A DNA stretch of 64,000 bases from Spirulina sp. (GCA_044070495.1 JBIPSI010000015.1:32001-96000); one strand, 5' to 3'; counted from the stretch's first letter, positions 20,373-32,472 are shown. Translations and numbers: made by a program. Notes: generated from the letters alone by a model not told the origin.

Positions 20373-20400
20373 CAGGGTTGAACGGCCTAGGGGCGCACAA

Positions 20401-21597
20401 TTAGGGGTGCACAATGCCGATCTCCACCCGCTGATTACGGGCCTCGGTGCCGGGGGCATCCCCCACCGCCAGGGGTCGAGTTTTGCCATAGCCCAGGGCC
20501 AGCCAGCGGCTATTGGTGTCCTCCAGTTGGGACGCTAGGTAAGCCTGCACCGCCAGCGATTGCTGAAAGGTCAACTGACGGGCTTCTTCGGCCCCCAGAT
20601 CGCCATCGGTGTGGCTACCCACTAAAAAGGTGACGGCCCCGTAGCGGCGTAGATCGGGCACGATGGCATCCAGCAGTTGTTGTCCGGCGGGGGTAAGCAG
20701 GCTGCCACCGGGTTCAAACAGCAGGGCGCTGGGCAGGGCAATCCGATCACTCACCAGGGGAAAGGGTGGCTCAGTATGGGGGGCGGCGGCATGACGACCT
20801 AGGCCATCGTTATCGGGCGGAGTCGTGGTTTCTGGCGTTGCTGGGTCAGCGGTGGTTGGATCGGGCGTTGCTTCACCAGTTGTTTCTGCGCCAGTCGTCC
20901 CTTCGTCAGCGGGGTCTGCGTCAGGATTTTCCCCATCGGGATTAGTCTCCGTCGCAGCATCAGGGGATGACTCCGTGGGGGCACCGTCGGCAATGGTCGG
21001 TTCTGGTTCCTGGGATGTGGCGGCTTGCTGGGCCAGTTGTTGCAGACGATCCGACAAGTCCCCCGTTCCCGTTTGGCCTGTTTGCTGCTCTAGTTCGGTG
21101 AGTCGATTCTCTAGACGGGTCAACTCCTGCTGAAGGGCGACCACCTCCTGGCTGAGGGCGGAGGGGATAGGTGGGGTGTCCTCTGGGGCTACGGTTTGGG
21201 TATCAGCAGGATCCGTGGGCGCATTGGGCACTGGAGCCACGGTCGTTTCTGTCCCCTGCCACCACTGGGGCAACTGTCGCACCTTACGCACCGTTTGGCT
21301 GGTTTGCCGCATTACCCGTTCCTGAATGGGGGGATTGGGGTTCCGGGAGGGCCACACCTGGGCCACTAGCAGGCCAGCAATCCAGCCTATGCTGATGCTC
21401 ATCCCCAAAATCAGCAGCCGTACTATCAGCGTCCACAACCGCTGAAGCAAACCAGGGGGGGACGGTTCTGGCGGGGGCGGGGCAGGCGTAGGGCTACCCT
21501 GGGCCGCCGCTGCACTGGGTGTCGATGGGGTCGGATCGGTGGCAGGTCGCGAGGTCTCGGAGGAATCGGTCATACCAGGGGGATCGGGTTGCAGCAT
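20401..21597 (-). CDS. OmpA/MotB C-terminal domain membrane protein
   Basis: N-terminal TM, coiled coil, acidic linker, then LPSALLF...SHTD...GYGKTRP...NQRVEI; start uncertain. Confidence 0.8.
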   Translation of the reverse strand: MLQPDPPGMTDSSETSRPATDPTPSTPSAAAAQGSPTPAPPPPEPSPPGLLQRLWTLIVRLLILGMSISIGWIAGLLVAQVWPSRNPNPPIQERVMRQTSQTVRKVRQLPQWWQGTETTVAPVPNAPTDPADTQTVAPEDTPPIPSALSQEVVALQQELTRLENRLTELEQQTGQTGTGDLSDRLQQLAQQAATSQEPEPTIADGAPTESSPDAATETNPDGENPDADPADEGTTGAETTGEATPDPTTADPATPETTTPPDNDGLGRHAAAPHTEPPFPLVSDRIALPSALLFEPGGSLLTPAGQQLLDAIVPDLRRYGAVTFLVGSHTDGDLGAEEARQLTFQQSLAVQAYLASQLEDTNSRWLALGYGKTRPLAVGDAPGTEARNQRVEIGIVHP

Positions 21598-21686
21598 GAA
21601 ACAGCTTAGCAAATGCCCTTCCCAGAATTTCCCTGGATTAGCGGTAGGGTAAACACCGCCCACCATCCCACAACCAAAGCCGATAC

Positions 21687-23213
21687 CTACTGGGGCCAGC
21701 CATCCCAGGGGCTGACTTCAATCACGCCATTGGAGGTGAAAACCACGCGAAAGTCGGCCTGATCTTCACTGGCGGCACGGGAGGAAACTAGGCTGGGTAG
21801 GGGGGTATCCTCGGCCAGCAGCAGGGCGTCGGTGTTAATGGCTTCGTAGCCTACCACGTTGCCCTCGGCATCCAACCGCACCTGATAGATCAAATCAGCG
21901 CTGGGGTTCGGCAGGTCGCTCTCGCTGAGCCGCGCCCGTAGATCTTGGTTCAGGCGGCGGATGCGATCTCCATTGGTGATTTTGTTGTCCAGGGTTTCTA
22001 GGGTTTGGGGGGCGCTATCCAATGCCGACCGGGGCTGGTTGCCTGCGGTCTCGGTTGACGCTGAATCGGCCTGATTAACTTCATCCTCCCCGTCATCGGT
22101 GGCGGCATTCTCTGGATTTCCATCCTCAGCGGGATCCCCCTCAGAACCTTCCGCCGCCTCGGTGGCGTTGTCTTCGGCAGTCGAGGGTTCGTCGGTGGAA
22201 CTGTCCTCAGCGGCCTGCCGTTCGTCCTCGGTGGCCAGGGCAGGATCCCAAACCTCTACCTCTACTTGGCCATCGGGGGTGAAGCGGGCGAGGAACTGGG
22301 CCACCGCCTGCCGAGGGGCTTCAGCATCCACCGCAGGCACGGCGAGACGCGCCAGGGGAGTGCTGTCCACAGCCTCTAGGGCAGCATCGTTTTCGTACTT
22401 GTAGCCTAGGACATCCCCGGTTTCTGAGACCACGACTCGGTAGATCAAGATGTCGCTGGGGGCGTTATCGGTAGACCAGCCCTCCTGTAACCGCTGCCGC
22501 AGTTGTCGCCGCAGGGTCGTCAGGGTTACCGCATCGGTGATGGCGGGGGAATCTGCCCAGGTGTCTGCCCCCTCGGCTGCGGCCTCAGCATCCAGAACCT
22601 CGGAGGTTTCACCACCGCGCTCAATGCGGCTGGGATCAAATTCGGGCGGGGGCACAAAGAACAGGGCCAACCCCGCCGCCACGAGGGCTGCGGCTCCTAC
22701 CACGGCGGGGGCCGACCGCTTGGCCATGGGTTCAGCGGGTTTCACCAGACGACGCGACACCGCCTGGAACTGGGCCTTCAGGTCGGGTAGGGTTTGGCTG
22801 TCGGCCAAGAGTTGATCCACGGCCTCCATCAGGTCGTAGAACTGCACCGTGGTCAGCGGAATATCCAACGGAGCCAAAGCCTCGGCCTCAACGGTGGGTT
22901 CGCCTCCGGGCTGCTGGCGCACAATCAGGTGATGCACGGAGCCTTCCCCCGGCTTCACATCCACCAGGGGTGCGTTGGCCGACGTAGGGCGGGGCACACC
23001 GCTGAGTAACTGCTGCCCGTAGGCGCTAACGGCGGCCACTAGGCCATCTAAAAACTCGCGCCCCCCGGTGAGGGTGGTATCGGTCACGCCCGGAAACTGG
23101 CATTCGGCGTTCATCAACACCGTCATAGGGGAGTAGGGATCGGTGGCAACGGATTCGATCCCCTCTAGCACCAGGTTGCAGTAGGGCAGGGTGTACTGAC
23201 GTTTAACGGTCAT
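21687..23213 (-). CDS. DUF4335-like protein
   Basis: RQYTLPYCNLVLEG, GGREFL, QFYDLMEAVDQ N-terminus; one TM; duplicated C-terminal domain. Confidence 0.75.
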   Translation of the reverse strand: MTVKRQYTLPYCNLVLEGIESVATDPYSPMTVLMNAECQFPGVTDTTLTGGREFLDGLVAAVSAYGQQLLSGVPRPTSANAPLVDVKPGEGSVHHLIVRQQPGGEPTVEAEALAPLDIPLTTVQFYDLMEAVDQLLADSQTLPDLKAQFQAVSRRLVKPAEPMAKRSAPAVVGAAALVAAGLALFFVPPPEFDPSRIERGGETSEVLDAEAAAEGADTWADSPAITDAVTLTTLRRQLRQRLQEGWSTDNAPSDILIYRVVVSETGDVLGYKYENDAALEAVDSTPLARLAVPAVDAEAPRQAVAQFLARFTPDGQVEVEVWDPALATEDERQAAEDSSTDEPSTAEDNATEAAEGSEGDPAEDGNPENAATDDGEDEVNQADSASTETAGNQPRSALDSAPQTLETLDNKITNGDRIRRLNQDLRARLSESDLPNPSADLIYQVRLDAEGNVVGYEAINTDALLLAEDTPLPSLVSSRAASEDQADFRVVFTSNGVIEVSPWDGWPQ

Positions 23214-23815
23214 ACCACCTCTCCATCAAACAAACTACTCCACAGCCGCTGGGTGCCCAAAATGCCGGAGCAGAGCAGCAATTGTTCCAACAACTGCATG
23301 GCCAATTCATCCAGCCGCTCGTCGGTGCTGTAAACAATCACCCCGGCCCGACGCGGGTTCATGCGGGCGCGGAAGTGGGTGCGAAAGCGCTGGAGATAGT
23401 CGGCCAGCCGCAGATGATGATCGAGGGACAGCCCCCGGTCGCGCAACTGCTGATAGCCCGTGAGCAACTGCCGCATCAGCACCGTCAACCGTCGCGCTAG
23501 GTTACCAATGATGGCCACCATGGCCTTGGCTTCCTCTAGGGTCATGGGCCGACGCTGGCTGTAGCGGCGCATGGGATTGGTGCTACGCAGCAGCCACAGG
23601 TTCACCCGCCCCTTGACCACGGGATCCAAGCCCAGGTCTTGGGCCACCGCCAACATGGCTTCACTGCCACCCAAATCCAGCGCTTCAATGGCAAGCAGCA
23701 TCAGGTCAATCTGGGTGCGGGCGCGGCGGGGACATTCTTGGCTGGGCAACTCTGGGGTTGGCAGCGTGTCCAACATGAGGGGTAATGAGGATCCTGGCGG
23801 GCTATCTACTGGCAT
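23210..23815 (-). CDS. DUF3038-like protein
   Basis: IDLMLLAIEAL, RVNLWLLRSTNPMRR, RLWSSLFDGE; overlaps the DUF4335 gene start. Confidence 0.8.
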   Translation of the reverse strand: MPVDSPPGSSLPLMLDTLPTPELPSQECPRRARTQIDLMLLAIEALDLGGSEAMLAVAQDLGLDPVVKGRVNLWLLRSTNPMRRYSQRRPMTLEEAKAMVAIIGNLARRLTVLMRQLLTGYQQLRDRGLSLDHHLRLADYLQRFRTHFRARMNPRRAGVIVYSTDERLDELAMQLLEQLLLCSGILGTQRLWSSLFDGEVV

Positions 23816-24146
23816 TCAGGTTTGCTCTGCACGTTACTTGAGTGAACTTAAGGAACACGTTAACCCGCCCACGGCATCGACACCGGACGGCTTAGCCCAA
23901 GGCTGTCAGCCAGCATTGTATCAAAACACGGTTTATCCCATAGCGCTGGGGTGATGGCTATCCTCAAACCTGGCTTATATCCAACCGCCCTACCATGGAC
24001 GTAACTACCCTCTCCAGGTTCCAAGGGGCATCGACCCATCTGCACGTAGAACAAATCCTGGCAATACCGATCCACAGATGTCCTAGGAAGCTTGATCCGG
24101 GGCAAAACTAGTGCCTCTGCCTTGCCCTCGGATGAACCAATCCTGG

Positions 24147-26603
24147 CTAGTTACCCGCTTGACTGCCCATCGCCTCGATGTACCACTGGCCATCCTGGCG
24201 GACGAGGGTGTATTCCATGGTGAGGCGGTCATCGTAGGAGGCCGTGGTATTTTCAACGCCATACTCAAATAGCCGAGCCGTTTCCTGTACCTCCGCCACC
24301 ACCTGAAGCCGATCCGCCGTGGGATCGTCGGGGGTGACGGACTGCACCTCAACGGCGTGCTCGTATTCCCAGTACCAATTTTCCTGGGGGGCAGCGGCGG
24401 CTCGACGTTGCCATTGGTTTAGCACGGGGCCAGTCAGGATCTCCGACAGGCCATCGGCCCGATAGTCTTGCCCCATGGCGGCTCGCTTGGTTTCTAGCCA
24501 GGTTTCAATCACCTGCTGGGCCATGCTGGCCACCCCAATCTGTTCATCGGGGCCGGGGGCGCTGGGAATCTCCACAGCGGGTTCCGCCAGGCTGAGTTCC
24601 AGCGGTCGGCCCTCCAGCCTAGGGCCTGCCATGGCCCCCGTCAGCCAGCCTACGGTGCGAGCCGTCGCAAATCCCAAGGCTCCCAAGCTGGCCAACCCCA
24701 CGAGTCCCACCAAGGCCAGCCGTCCCCAGCGGGGGGAAGACGACCGACGCGGGATAGGGTCAACCTGAGTCACCGTGGCCGAGGGATCCTCAGCCGTGAG
24801 GGCTAAGGCCGCCGCTGTGCTGGGCTTGGGTGGTTTAGACCGGGACGGCTTAGGGGGCGGGGAAGACGGCGGGGCCTTGGTGGAGGGCTGCAACTGACCG
24901 TCGGGGGAAAGCTGCGCCACACGCTCGGCCACGGAGGGTTCTCGATCCGTCGAGACAGACACCCGCTGGGCTGGGCTGGGGGAGGGAGAAACCGCAACCC
25001 TCGTCGGAGACGGATTGGCGGGCACCGCCCCCACCGAGGCCGCACCAACGGCCTTGACCACGGGGCGCGAACGACCATTGCGGGATGCCGGAACTGCGGC
25101 CCCCGCCGGACTGTGGCCATTGCGACTGTGGGCAGCGGTGGCAGGGGCACTAAACCCGTTCGTGGTAGGGGGCGGGACTGTACGGCTAGGGGACGTTGGG
25201 GTGGTTAGGGAAGGCGCATGGATGGGCAGAGAACCCTCCACCGTGGGGATGCCCGATCCAGCCTCGGCGGCGTCACGGCCTTCCCAGGCGGTTTCTGGCC
25301 CCGGCACCATCGCCTCCAGGTAGCTCTGAACTTGGGGATCGGCAAAGTAGTCCTTGAGCGTGGCCTCTTGATCTTTGAAATCCCGGAAATGGGGGAACAG
25401 TTCGTCCTTCAGCCAGCGCTCGGTGTAGAGACACAGACCGGGCAATAAATCGGGGGAATTGCGGGAATGTTCCCGGATGTAGGCCAAAGGTTCGTACTCT
25501 TGGCTGAACTCTAGGGCGCGGTTGGCCTCCTCGGTTTGGCCCAACAGCATGGCGCACACCGCCTGCTCCAAATGCACATCCTGCTGACTGGCGAGGCCCA
25601 TCAACAACTGCTTGGCACGGCGCACTAGGGCAGGTTGATGACGGGCAAACCCCCGTGCCAGCAGGGCATACACCGTTAAATAGGTGGCCACCGGGGAGGG
25701 CCGACGGGCCTCATGCTCGAATAATTCCTGCTGCTCGGAGGCGGTTAGATAATCCCGCAACTGCTGGATGAAACGCAGAAAATCGTCAATCCCCAGCCCT
25801 GAAAGGTCGTCTTCGGTACCCTCAATGCCGCCCCGATCCTCCAGCATGGATTTCAGGAGTTTCAATCCCTGCCGCCGTTCGCGGGTTTGATCCAGGGGGC
25901 GAGCCAGCAATTCTAGAATGCGGTAGGGACGAAGTTTGTAGAGTTCCGTCTGAATTTCAGCCCGCAACGTCGGAAAGCGATTTTCCTTAGCCAGCAGTTC
26001 ATGGCCCGTTTCTAAGGATTCCGCCGCCGTTTCGTACTGCCGCTGCTGCCACTGTTCGCGTCCCAGTTCCAGGCAGGCTAGGGCCAGGGTGAGCACCACA
26101 TCTCCCTGCACTAGAGTTGGGTCGCCAAGCTGGCCGTCGGCAAGGCTACCGCTGCCGCTGCTGAGGTAGGGCCGCCCCAGGTGAATCACTTGCTCATACT
26201 CACCCAGTTCCAGCAAAATCAGCAGCGCCCCTGCAAACTGATCCGGCTCAATTTCGATCTGGTTACCCGCTGCTTCCCCGGCCCCAGGCTCGGTGGCTAA
26301 GGAACGCAGCGCCGCTTCTCCTAAGTCAGAGCGAACCTCTAACCCCGCCGCTGGACTAGCCTCTAGGGCCGAATCAGCATAGGCGTAGGCCAAAAAACGG
26401 CTGTCGTAGTCGCGGCGATGGTTGGGATCGGACAACACCCCGTAGGCGTCGTCAATGAGCTGCTTTCGGGCCGCAATAGCCACCTCCGAAAACTCGCGCC
26501 GAGGAAGCTGCACACCCCGATCTCGGTGGGCTTGCTGGAGCTGATCAGCCGTGGCCTGGATCGGTAATCCTAGAATTCGGTAATAATCTAATGGAACGTG
26601 CAC
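24147..26603 (-). CDS. ftn2: Cell division protein Ftn2/ZipN (ARC6 homologue)
   Basis: N-terminal J-like PLDYYRILG, LPGLCLYTERWL, TM, C-terminal IMS (DUF4101) domain. Confidence 0.92.
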   Translation of the reverse strand: MHVPLDYYRILGLPIQATADQLQQAHRDRGVQLPRREFSEVAIAARKQLIDDAYGVLSDPNHRRDYDSRFLAYAYADSALEASPAAGLEVRSDLGEAALRSLATEPGAGEAAGNQIEIEPDQFAGALLILLELGEYEQVIHLGRPYLSSGSGSLADGQLGDPTLVQGDVVLTLALACLELGREQWQQRQYETAAESLETGHELLAKENRFPTLRAEIQTELYKLRPYRILELLARPLDQTRERRQGLKLLKSMLEDRGGIEGTEDDLSGLGIDDFLRFIQQLRDYLTASEQQELFEHEARRPSPVATYLTVYALLARGFARHQPALVRRAKQLLMGLASQQDVHLEQAVCAMLLGQTEEANRALEFSQEYEPLAYIREHSRNSPDLLPGLCLYTERWLKDELFPHFRDFKDQEATLKDYFADPQVQSYLEAMVPGPETAWEGRDAAEAGSGIPTVEGSLPIHAPSLTTPTSPSRTVPPPTTNGFSAPATAAHSRNGHSPAGAAVPASRNGRSRPVVKAVGAASVGAVPANPSPTRVAVSPSPSPAQRVSVSTDREPSVAERVAQLSPDGQLQPSTKAPPSSPPPKPSRSKPPKPSTAAALALTAEDPSATVTQVDPIPRRSSSPRWGRLALVGLVGLASLGALGFATARTVGWLTGAMAGPRLEGRPLELSLAEPAVEIPSAPGPDEQIGVASMAQQVIETWLETKRAAMGQDYRADGLSEILTGPVLNQWQRRAAAAPQENWYWEYEHAVEVQSVTPDDPTADRLQVVAEVQETARLFEYGVENTTASYDDRLTMEYTLVRQDGQWYIEAMGSQAGN

Positions 26604-27104
26604 AGTTCATATTCCCCAGCAGCGAATTCACCCGAAATAGTATCGAAAAAGCCTAGATTGCGATCCCCTCAGCCTTACCTTTGCCCAGTCCCCCATTGCC
26701 CCTTCCACGCTGACTCGAAACACCCAAGACACCACAGTTTAGACCCAGCCTAGCGTGTCTAGCGCTTACATCTATTAAAATCCGAAGTTTATATCATAGG
26801 CTCCGAATAATAGCTAGGGGTGATCACCCCTCTTTTAGCCCTTTCCAGGGCACATCGTCAACTCAGCAGCAGGCCCCCAAGCCCCCATCCTAATCCTGGA
26901 TTTGCCGCCAGTCAGGCTGGCAAGGCTCGCTAAGCGTAGCCAAGGAACAGGCTGAATTTGCTTTTAATGCGGTTCCCCCATCGGTATGATAGGAGCAGTT
27001 TTGGGCATCCCCTGGGCGCTGGCCCTCGCTAGGCCACTTTGTGGGGGTACCTTTTTCGGTATATTCAAGTGTTGGACATCGCAGCGTAGGACCCAGCAAA
27101 ACCC

Positions 27105-28133
27105 ATGGTTCAAGAACGGACATTACCCCAGTTTCAGGCTCCAGCGGCTTCTATCTCTAGCGAGGAAGGGCTGAGGCTGTACGAAGACATGATTTTGGGT
27201 CGCTTCTTTGAAGACAAGTGCGCCGAAATGTACTATCGGGGCAAAATGTTTGGGTTTGTCCACCTCTATAACGGCCAGGAAGCGGTGTCCAGCGGGGTGA
27301 TCAAGTCCATGCGCCCCGACGACTACGTGTGCAGCACCTACCGCGACCACGTCCACGCCCTCAGTGCCGGGGTGCCCGCCCAGAATGTGATGGCCGAACT
27401 GTTCGGTAAGGAAACGGGCTGTAGCCGGGGCCGGGGTGGTTCCATGCACTTATTTTCTGGGGAACACAACTTGCTGGGGGGCTTTGCCTTCATCGGCGAA
27501 GGGATTCCCGTCGCCCTAGGAGCCGCCTTCCAAACCCACTACCGCCGCGTCGCCCTAGGGGATGCCAGTGCCGACCAAGTCACCGCCTGCTTCTTTGGCG
27601 ATGGCACCACCAACAACGGCCAATTTTTTGAATGCTTGAACATGGCGGCGCTGTGGAAGCTGCCGATTCTATTCGTGGTGGAAAACAACAAATGGGCGAT
27701 TGGCATGGCCCACGAACGCGCCACCTCCCAGCCGGAAATCTACAAAAAAGCCTCGGTGTTTGGAATGCCCGGATATGAAGTAGACGGCATGGATGTGATG
27801 GCGGTGCGCTCCATTGCCCAAGAAGCCGTGGCCCGTGCCCGCGCTGGCGAAGGCCCCACCCTGATCGAAGCTCTCACCTACCGCTTCCGGGGGCACTCCC
27901 TCGCCGACCCCGACGAACTGCGCTCCAAGGCCGAAAAAGAAGAATGGCTGGCCCGCGACCCCATCAAGCGCTTTGAAGCCTACCTGCTAGAGCAAAACCT
28001 CGCCGACGAAGCCACCCTAAAAGGCGTACGGAATCGCATCCAAACCACCATCGACGACGCCCTCACCTTTGCCGAAGAAAGCCCCGAACCCAGCCCCGAC
28101 GATCTGTACAAGTACATCTTCGCCGACAGCTAA
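27105..28133 (+). CDS. pdhA: Pyruvate dehydrogenase E1 alpha subunit
   Basis: [21 protein letters not shown]...NN TPP motif, [12 protein letters not shown]. Confidence 0.98.
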   Translation: MVQERTLPQFQAPAASISSEEGLRLYEDMILGRFFEDKCAEMYYRGKMFGFVHLYNGQEAVSSGVIKSMRPDDYVCSTYRDHVHALSAGVPAQNVMAELFGKETGCSRGRGGSMHLFSGEHNLLGGFAFIGEGIPVALGAAFQTHYRRVALGDASADQVTACFFGDGTTNNGQFFECLNMAALWKLPILFVVENNKWAIGMAHERATSQPEIYKKASVFGMPGYEVDGMDVMAVRSIAQEAVARARAGEGPTLIEALTYRFRGHSLADPDELRSKAEKEEWLARDPIKRFEAYLLEQNLADEATLKGVRNRIQTTIDDALTFAEESPEPSPDDLYKYIFADS

Positions 28134-28139
28134 CCTCCC

Positions 28140-28238
28140 GTAGGGTAGGCAATGCCCACCTCTGAGCAGGCGTTTGGATTATGGGGGGCCGTGCCCACCC
28201 TACGATTATTGGATCATGGGGGGCCGTGCCCACCCTAC
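28140..28238. repeat. Cluster of GTAGGGTGGGCA-type REP-like palindromes
   Basis: Three units of (GTAG)GGTGGGCA.TGCCCACC(CTAC); family also at 40286, 44298 and 54475. Confidence 0.75.
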
Positions 28239-28275
28239 GTTTTTTTAACTTCACCCAAGCAACGACACCGAAACC

Positions 28276-29259
28276 ATGGCAGAAACTCTCCTATTTAACG
28301 CCCTGCGCGAGGCCATCGACGAAGAAATGGGCCGCGACGAAACCGTTTTTGTGCTGGGCGAAGATGTCGGCCAATACGGCGGTTCCTATAAGGTCACGAA
28401 AGACCTCTACGACAAGTACGGTGAATTTCGGGTGCTGGATACCCCCATCGCCGAAAACAGCTTTACCGGAATGGCCGTAGGTGCCGCGATGACCGGATTG
28501 CGACCCATCATCGAAGGCATGAACATGGGCTTTTTGCTGCTGGCCTTCAACCAAATTGCCAACAATGCCGGGATGCTGCGCTACACCTCCGGCGGCAACT
28601 TCAAAATTCCCATGGTGATCCGTGGCCCCGGTGGCGTGGGTCGGCAGCTAGGGGCCGAACATTCCCAGCGGCTCGAAGCCTATTTCCAAGCCGTACCTGG
28701 TCTCAAAATCGTGGCCTGCTCCACCCCCTACAACGCCAAGGGGCTGCTAAAATCCGCCATCCGCGACGACAATCCGGTGCTGTTCTTCGAGCACGTCCTC
28801 CTCTACAACCTGAAGGAAGACCTGCCCAACCACGAGTACCTGGTGCCCCTGGATAAGGCCGAAATCGTCCGCCCCGGCAAAGATGTCACCATCCTCACCT
28901 ATTCCCGGATGCGCCACCACGTCACCCAGGCGGTGAAGGGTTTAGTGGCCAAGGGCTTTGACCCAGAGGTGATCGACCTGATTTCCCTCAAGCCCCTAGA
29001 CTTTGAGACCATCGGCGCTTCCATCAAGAAAACCCACCGGGTGATCGTGGTGGAAGAATGTATGCGGACGGGCGGCATCGGTGCAGAAATCATCGCCTCC
29101 ATCAACGACCGTTTCTTTGACGAGCTAGATGCCCCGGTGCTGCGGCTGTCTTCCCAAGATATCCCCACCCCCTACAACGGCAAGCTAGAAAGCCTGACCA
29201 TCGTTCAACCCAAGCAAATCGAAGCCGCCGTTGAGAACATGCTGGCGCTGAAGGTTTAG
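28276..29259 (+). CDS. pdhB: Pyruvate dehydrogenase E1 beta subunit
   Basis: [34 protein letters not shown] motifs. Confidence 0.98.
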   Translation: MAETLLFNALREAIDEEMGRDETVFVLGEDVGQYGGSYKVTKDLYDKYGEFRVLDTPIAENSFTGMAVGAAMTGLRPIIEGMNMGFLLLAFNQIANNAGMLRYTSGGNFKIPMVIRGPGGVGRQLGAEHSQRLEAYFQAVPGLKIVACSTPYNAKGLLKSAIRDDNPVLFFEHVLLYNLKEDLPNHEYLVPLDKAEIVRPGKDVTILTYSRMRHHVTQAVKGLVAKGFDPEVIDLISLKPLDFETIGASIKKTHRVIVVEECMRTGGIGAEIIASINDRFFDELDAPVLRLSSQDIPTPYNGKLESLTIVQPKQIEAAVENMLALKV

Positions 29260-29342
29260 GCGCGGTTACGGCCCAGCCGTTGGCCCTCACCCCCAGGGAT
29301 GCTACCGCTGATCCGCAATCAGACCTATCCATACCAGCCTGA

Positions 29343-29453
29343 GGGATCCCCCTAAGTCCCCCTTAGAAAGGGGGACTTTGAAGCTAGTTCCTCCCTTTCT
29401 AAGGGGGACTTTGACTCCGGTTCCCCCCTTTCTAAGGGGGGCTAGGGGGGATC
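29343..29453. repeat. CCCCCTT/AAGGGGG palindromic dispersed repeat
   Basis: GATCCCCCTAAGTCCCCCTT...AAGGGGGGCTAGGGGGGATC; second copy at 44134-44210. Confidence 0.8.
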
Positions 29454-29573
29454 AACACCCAGGTCAAATTAAGATAGAAACTGATGGATAAGCGACCATT
29501 CCCAGAAGGCTAGGAGCGCCGGAAAGACTCTCTATCTCCGAATTCCCCATTCGTCCTGTTACCCCCCTGATCC

Positions 29574-31034
29574 ATGGCAAAGTATCAAGCTTGGTTAGCA
29601 CTGATTTTGGCATTGGCCATCGGGGCCGTGACGCTGATTGCCAATTCGCTGCTGGCGGAAAATCCGCTGTTTCCAACGTCCCTGGGGTTAGACCTGCGCG
29701 GAGGCTCCCAACTCACCATTCAGGTACAGCCCACCGCCGCCATTCCCACTATCACCGAGCGAGAAATGGAAGCGGTGCAGAGCGTGGTGGAGGGTCGGGT
29801 CAACGGGCTGGGGGTTTCCGAGGCCATCGTGCAGCAGTTGGGTAACGATCAGCTTTTGGTGCAGTTGCCAGGGATTAACGACCCCCAGCAGGCAGAACGG
29901 GTGCTAGGCGGTACGGCCCAGCTAGAGTTCCGTGCCCAAAGCCCCGGCACCGAGCAGCAGCTTTTGGTGGAAACCGAAATTTTGCAGGAACACCTGGCTG
30001 ACCTGGCCCAAATCCAGGACAACCTGCCCCCCACCGGAGCCATTGACGACGACACCCAGGCAGAAATCGACGCCATCCAGGCCGACATCACCACCAGCGA
30101 AGCCGCCATCCTGGCTCTGTTTGAACCCAGCGAACTGAAGGGCGACAAGCTCACCGATGCCCTAGCCCGTCCCGGCAACGGCACCCAGTGGGAAGTGGTG
30201 ATTGAGTTCAATGCCGAAGGGGCGAATGACTTTGCTGAACTGACCAAATCCGTGGCAGGGACAGGCCGGGGGCTGGGGATTTTCCTGGATAACCGCCTGC
30301 TCAGCGCCCCACGGGTGGATGTGCAGTACGCCGAAACCGGGATCTCTGGCGGTAATGCGGTGATTTCCGGCAACTTTGATGCGGTGTCGGCCCGTGACCT
30401 GGAAATTCAACTGCGTGGCGGTGCCCTGCCCCTGCCTGTGGAAGTGGTGGAAAACCGCACCGTTGGCCCCACCCTAGGCCGCGACAGCATCCAGCGCAGC
30501 CTCTATGCCGCCCTGGTCGGTCTCGCTTTGGTGCTGGTGTATATGGCGGTGTACTACCGTCTGCCGGGGGTTTTGGCCGATATCGCCCTAGTGGTCTACG
30601 CCCTGCTCACCTGGGCGGCCTTCGTGATGCTGGGGGTTACCCTGACGCTGCCGGGGATTGCTGGATTTATCCTCAGCATTGGTATGGCGGTGGATGCCAA
30701 CGTGCTGATCTTTGAGCGCACCCGTGAGGAACTGCGCTCCGGCAAAACCCTGTATCGTTCTGTGGAATCAGGCTTTTATCGGGCTTTTTCCAGCATTCTC
30801 GACAGCAACGTCACCACGGTGATTTCCTGCTTGGCGCTGTTTTTCTTTGGGGCGGGCCTGGTCAAGGGCTTTGCCCTCACTCTGGGGCTGGGGGTGTTGG
30901 TCAGCATGTTCACAGCCTTTACCTGCACCCGCACCCTGCTGTTTGTGGCCCTAGGGATGCCCCAATTCCGCAAACCCGAATGGTTTTACCCCGGCATTAG
31001 CCGCCTGACTGCCCCCCGGAGCGCAACCCCATGA
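29574..31034 (+). CDS. secD: Protein translocase subunit SecD
   Basis: [42 protein letters not shown]. Confidence 0.98.
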   Translation: MAKYQAWLALILALAIGAVTLIANSLLAENPLFPTSLGLDLRGGSQLTIQVQPTAAIPTITEREMEAVQSVVEGRVNGLGVSEAIVQQLGNDQLLVQLPGINDPQQAERVLGGTAQLEFRAQSPGTEQQLLVETEILQEHLADLAQIQDNLPPTGAIDDDTQAEIDAIQADITTSEAAILALFEPSELKGDKLTDALARPGNGTQWEVVIEFNAEGANDFAELTKSVAGTGRGLGIFLDNRLLSAPRVDVQYAETGISGGNAVISGNFDAVSARDLEIQLRGGALPLPVEVVENRTVGPTLGRDSIQRSLYAALVGLALVLVYMAVYYRLPGVLADIALVVYALLTWAAFVMLGVTLTLPGIAGFILSIGMAVDANVLIFERTREELRSGKTLYRSVESGFYRAFSSILDSNVTTVISCLALFFFGAGLVKGFALTLGLGVLVSMFTAFTCTRTLLFVALGMPQFRKPEWFYPGISRLTAPRSATP

Positions 31035-32032
31035 ACCTACACATCAACCGACAACGCAAGCTGTGGTGGAGCCTCTCGGCCCTGGTGATTGGCCTAGGGA
31101 TCGTGGCCATGGCCATCTCCTGGCAGCAGTTTGGTGCGCCCCTGCGGCCCGGTCTGGATTTTGTCGGCGGCACCCGGCTTCAGCTCACCCACGCCTGCAC
31201 CCTCACCGAAAGCTGCACCGAGGAAATTTCCCTCGACGACGTGCGCCAGGTGTTGGCGGATCAGGGGCTAGAATCCAGCAGCCTGCAACTACTGGGGCAG
31301 GATCGACAAACCCTCTCCATCCGCACCAAAAACCTGAATGTGGACGAACGATCCACCCTGCAACGCAACCTCGAAGAGACCGTCGGCCCCTTCGACATCA
31401 ACTCCACCCAGATCGACTCGGTGGGGCCAGTGATTGGGCGGCAGCTTTTGGCCTCTGGGCTGCTGGCGTTGCTGGTGTCCTTTGCGGGCATCGTCGCCTA
31501 CCTGAGCCTGCGGTTTAAGCTCGACTACGCCGTTTTTGCCATCGTCGCCCTGGCCCACGATGTCCTGATTACCATGGGCGTGTTTGCCCTCCTGGGGTTG
31601 GTGTTGGGGGTAGAAATCGACAGCCTCTTCATCGTGGCCCTGCTCACCGTCGTGGGCTTCTCGGTGAACGATACGGTGGTGATCTACGACCGCATCCGCG
31701 AAAACCTGAAGCTGCACCCCGAACGGCACATCAGCGACGTGGTGGATGAATCGGTGAACCAAACCCTGGCCCGATCCGTCAACACCACCCTTACCACTAC
31801 CCTGCCCCTGTTGGCCATTGTGCTATTTGGGGGCCAAACCCTGAAATTCTTTGCCCTGGCGATGATTGTGGGCTTTTTGGCCGGGGTCTACTCTAGTATC
31901 TTTGTGGCCAGCACCCTGTTGACGCTATGGCGCGAACGCAGCGGCCAAGCCTACGGCAGCGGTGGAGACACCCCAACGGATGACGCCACCACCGACCCCG
32001 ATGCTCCTACTGCCGCCGCCGAGCAGGTCTAG
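31031..32032 (+). CDS. secF: Protein translocase subunit SecF
   Basis: [38 protein letters not shown]. Confidence 0.98.
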   Translation: MNLHINRQRKLWWSLSALVIGLGIVAMAISWQQFGAPLRPGLDFVGGTRLQLTHACTLTESCTEEISLDDVRQVLADQGLESSSLQLLGQDRQTLSIRTKNLNVDERSTLQRNLEETVGPFDINSTQIDSVGPVIGRQLLASGLLALLVSFAGIVAYLSLRFKLDYAVFAIVALAHDVLITMGVFALLGLVLGVEIDSLFIVALLTVVGFSVNDTVVIYDRIRENLKLHPERHISDVVDESVNQTLARSVNTTLTTTLPLLAIVLFGGQTLKFFALAMIVGFLAGVYSSIFVASTLLTLWRERSGQAYGSGGDTPTDDATTDPDAPTAAAEQV

Positions 32033-32069
32033 CCCTGGGCTATTTTTTCACCCCCAAGGGGCCTATCCC

Positions 32070-32453
32070 GTGACCCTTGATCCTCACCATCAGCGCCAAA
32101 TCGAACGTCTGCGGGTCATTCTGATTCGTCGATGGTGGCTAACCAGTGTGCTCCTCTGGCTGACGGTGGGCAGCCTCAGCCTGTGGAGCCTGCGGGGGGA
32201 ATGGGTCTATATCCGGCAGTACTTTACCTGGACGGCAGTGCGCTATGCCCTAGCCTACAACCGCCTCGCCGCCATCGGCCTGGGCCTGTGCGTGGGCCTC
32301 ACGGTGGCGCTGTTGGTGTCCGAAAGCCGCCACATTCTCTTTGGCCTTAGCCGCACCGAGTACGAACGCCTCGACCATCTGCGCCAGCGTATTGAACAAC
32401 AGGGGGAACGCCATCCCCTGTGGCCCGCCCTGCACCAGCGTCGCCAGAAATGA
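32070..32453 (+). CDS. Hypothetical small membrane protein
   Basis: Two hydrophobic segments; GTG start at 32070 inferred; follows secF. Confidence 0.65.
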   Translation: MTLDPHHQRQIERLRVILIRRWWLTSVLLWLTVGSLSLWSLRGEWVYIRQYFTWTAVRYALAYNRLAAIGLGLCVGLTVALLVSESRHILFGLSRTEYERLDHLRQRIEQQGERHPLWPALHQRRQK

Positions 32454-32472
32454 TCCCCTCGCCCTTCTGGCC

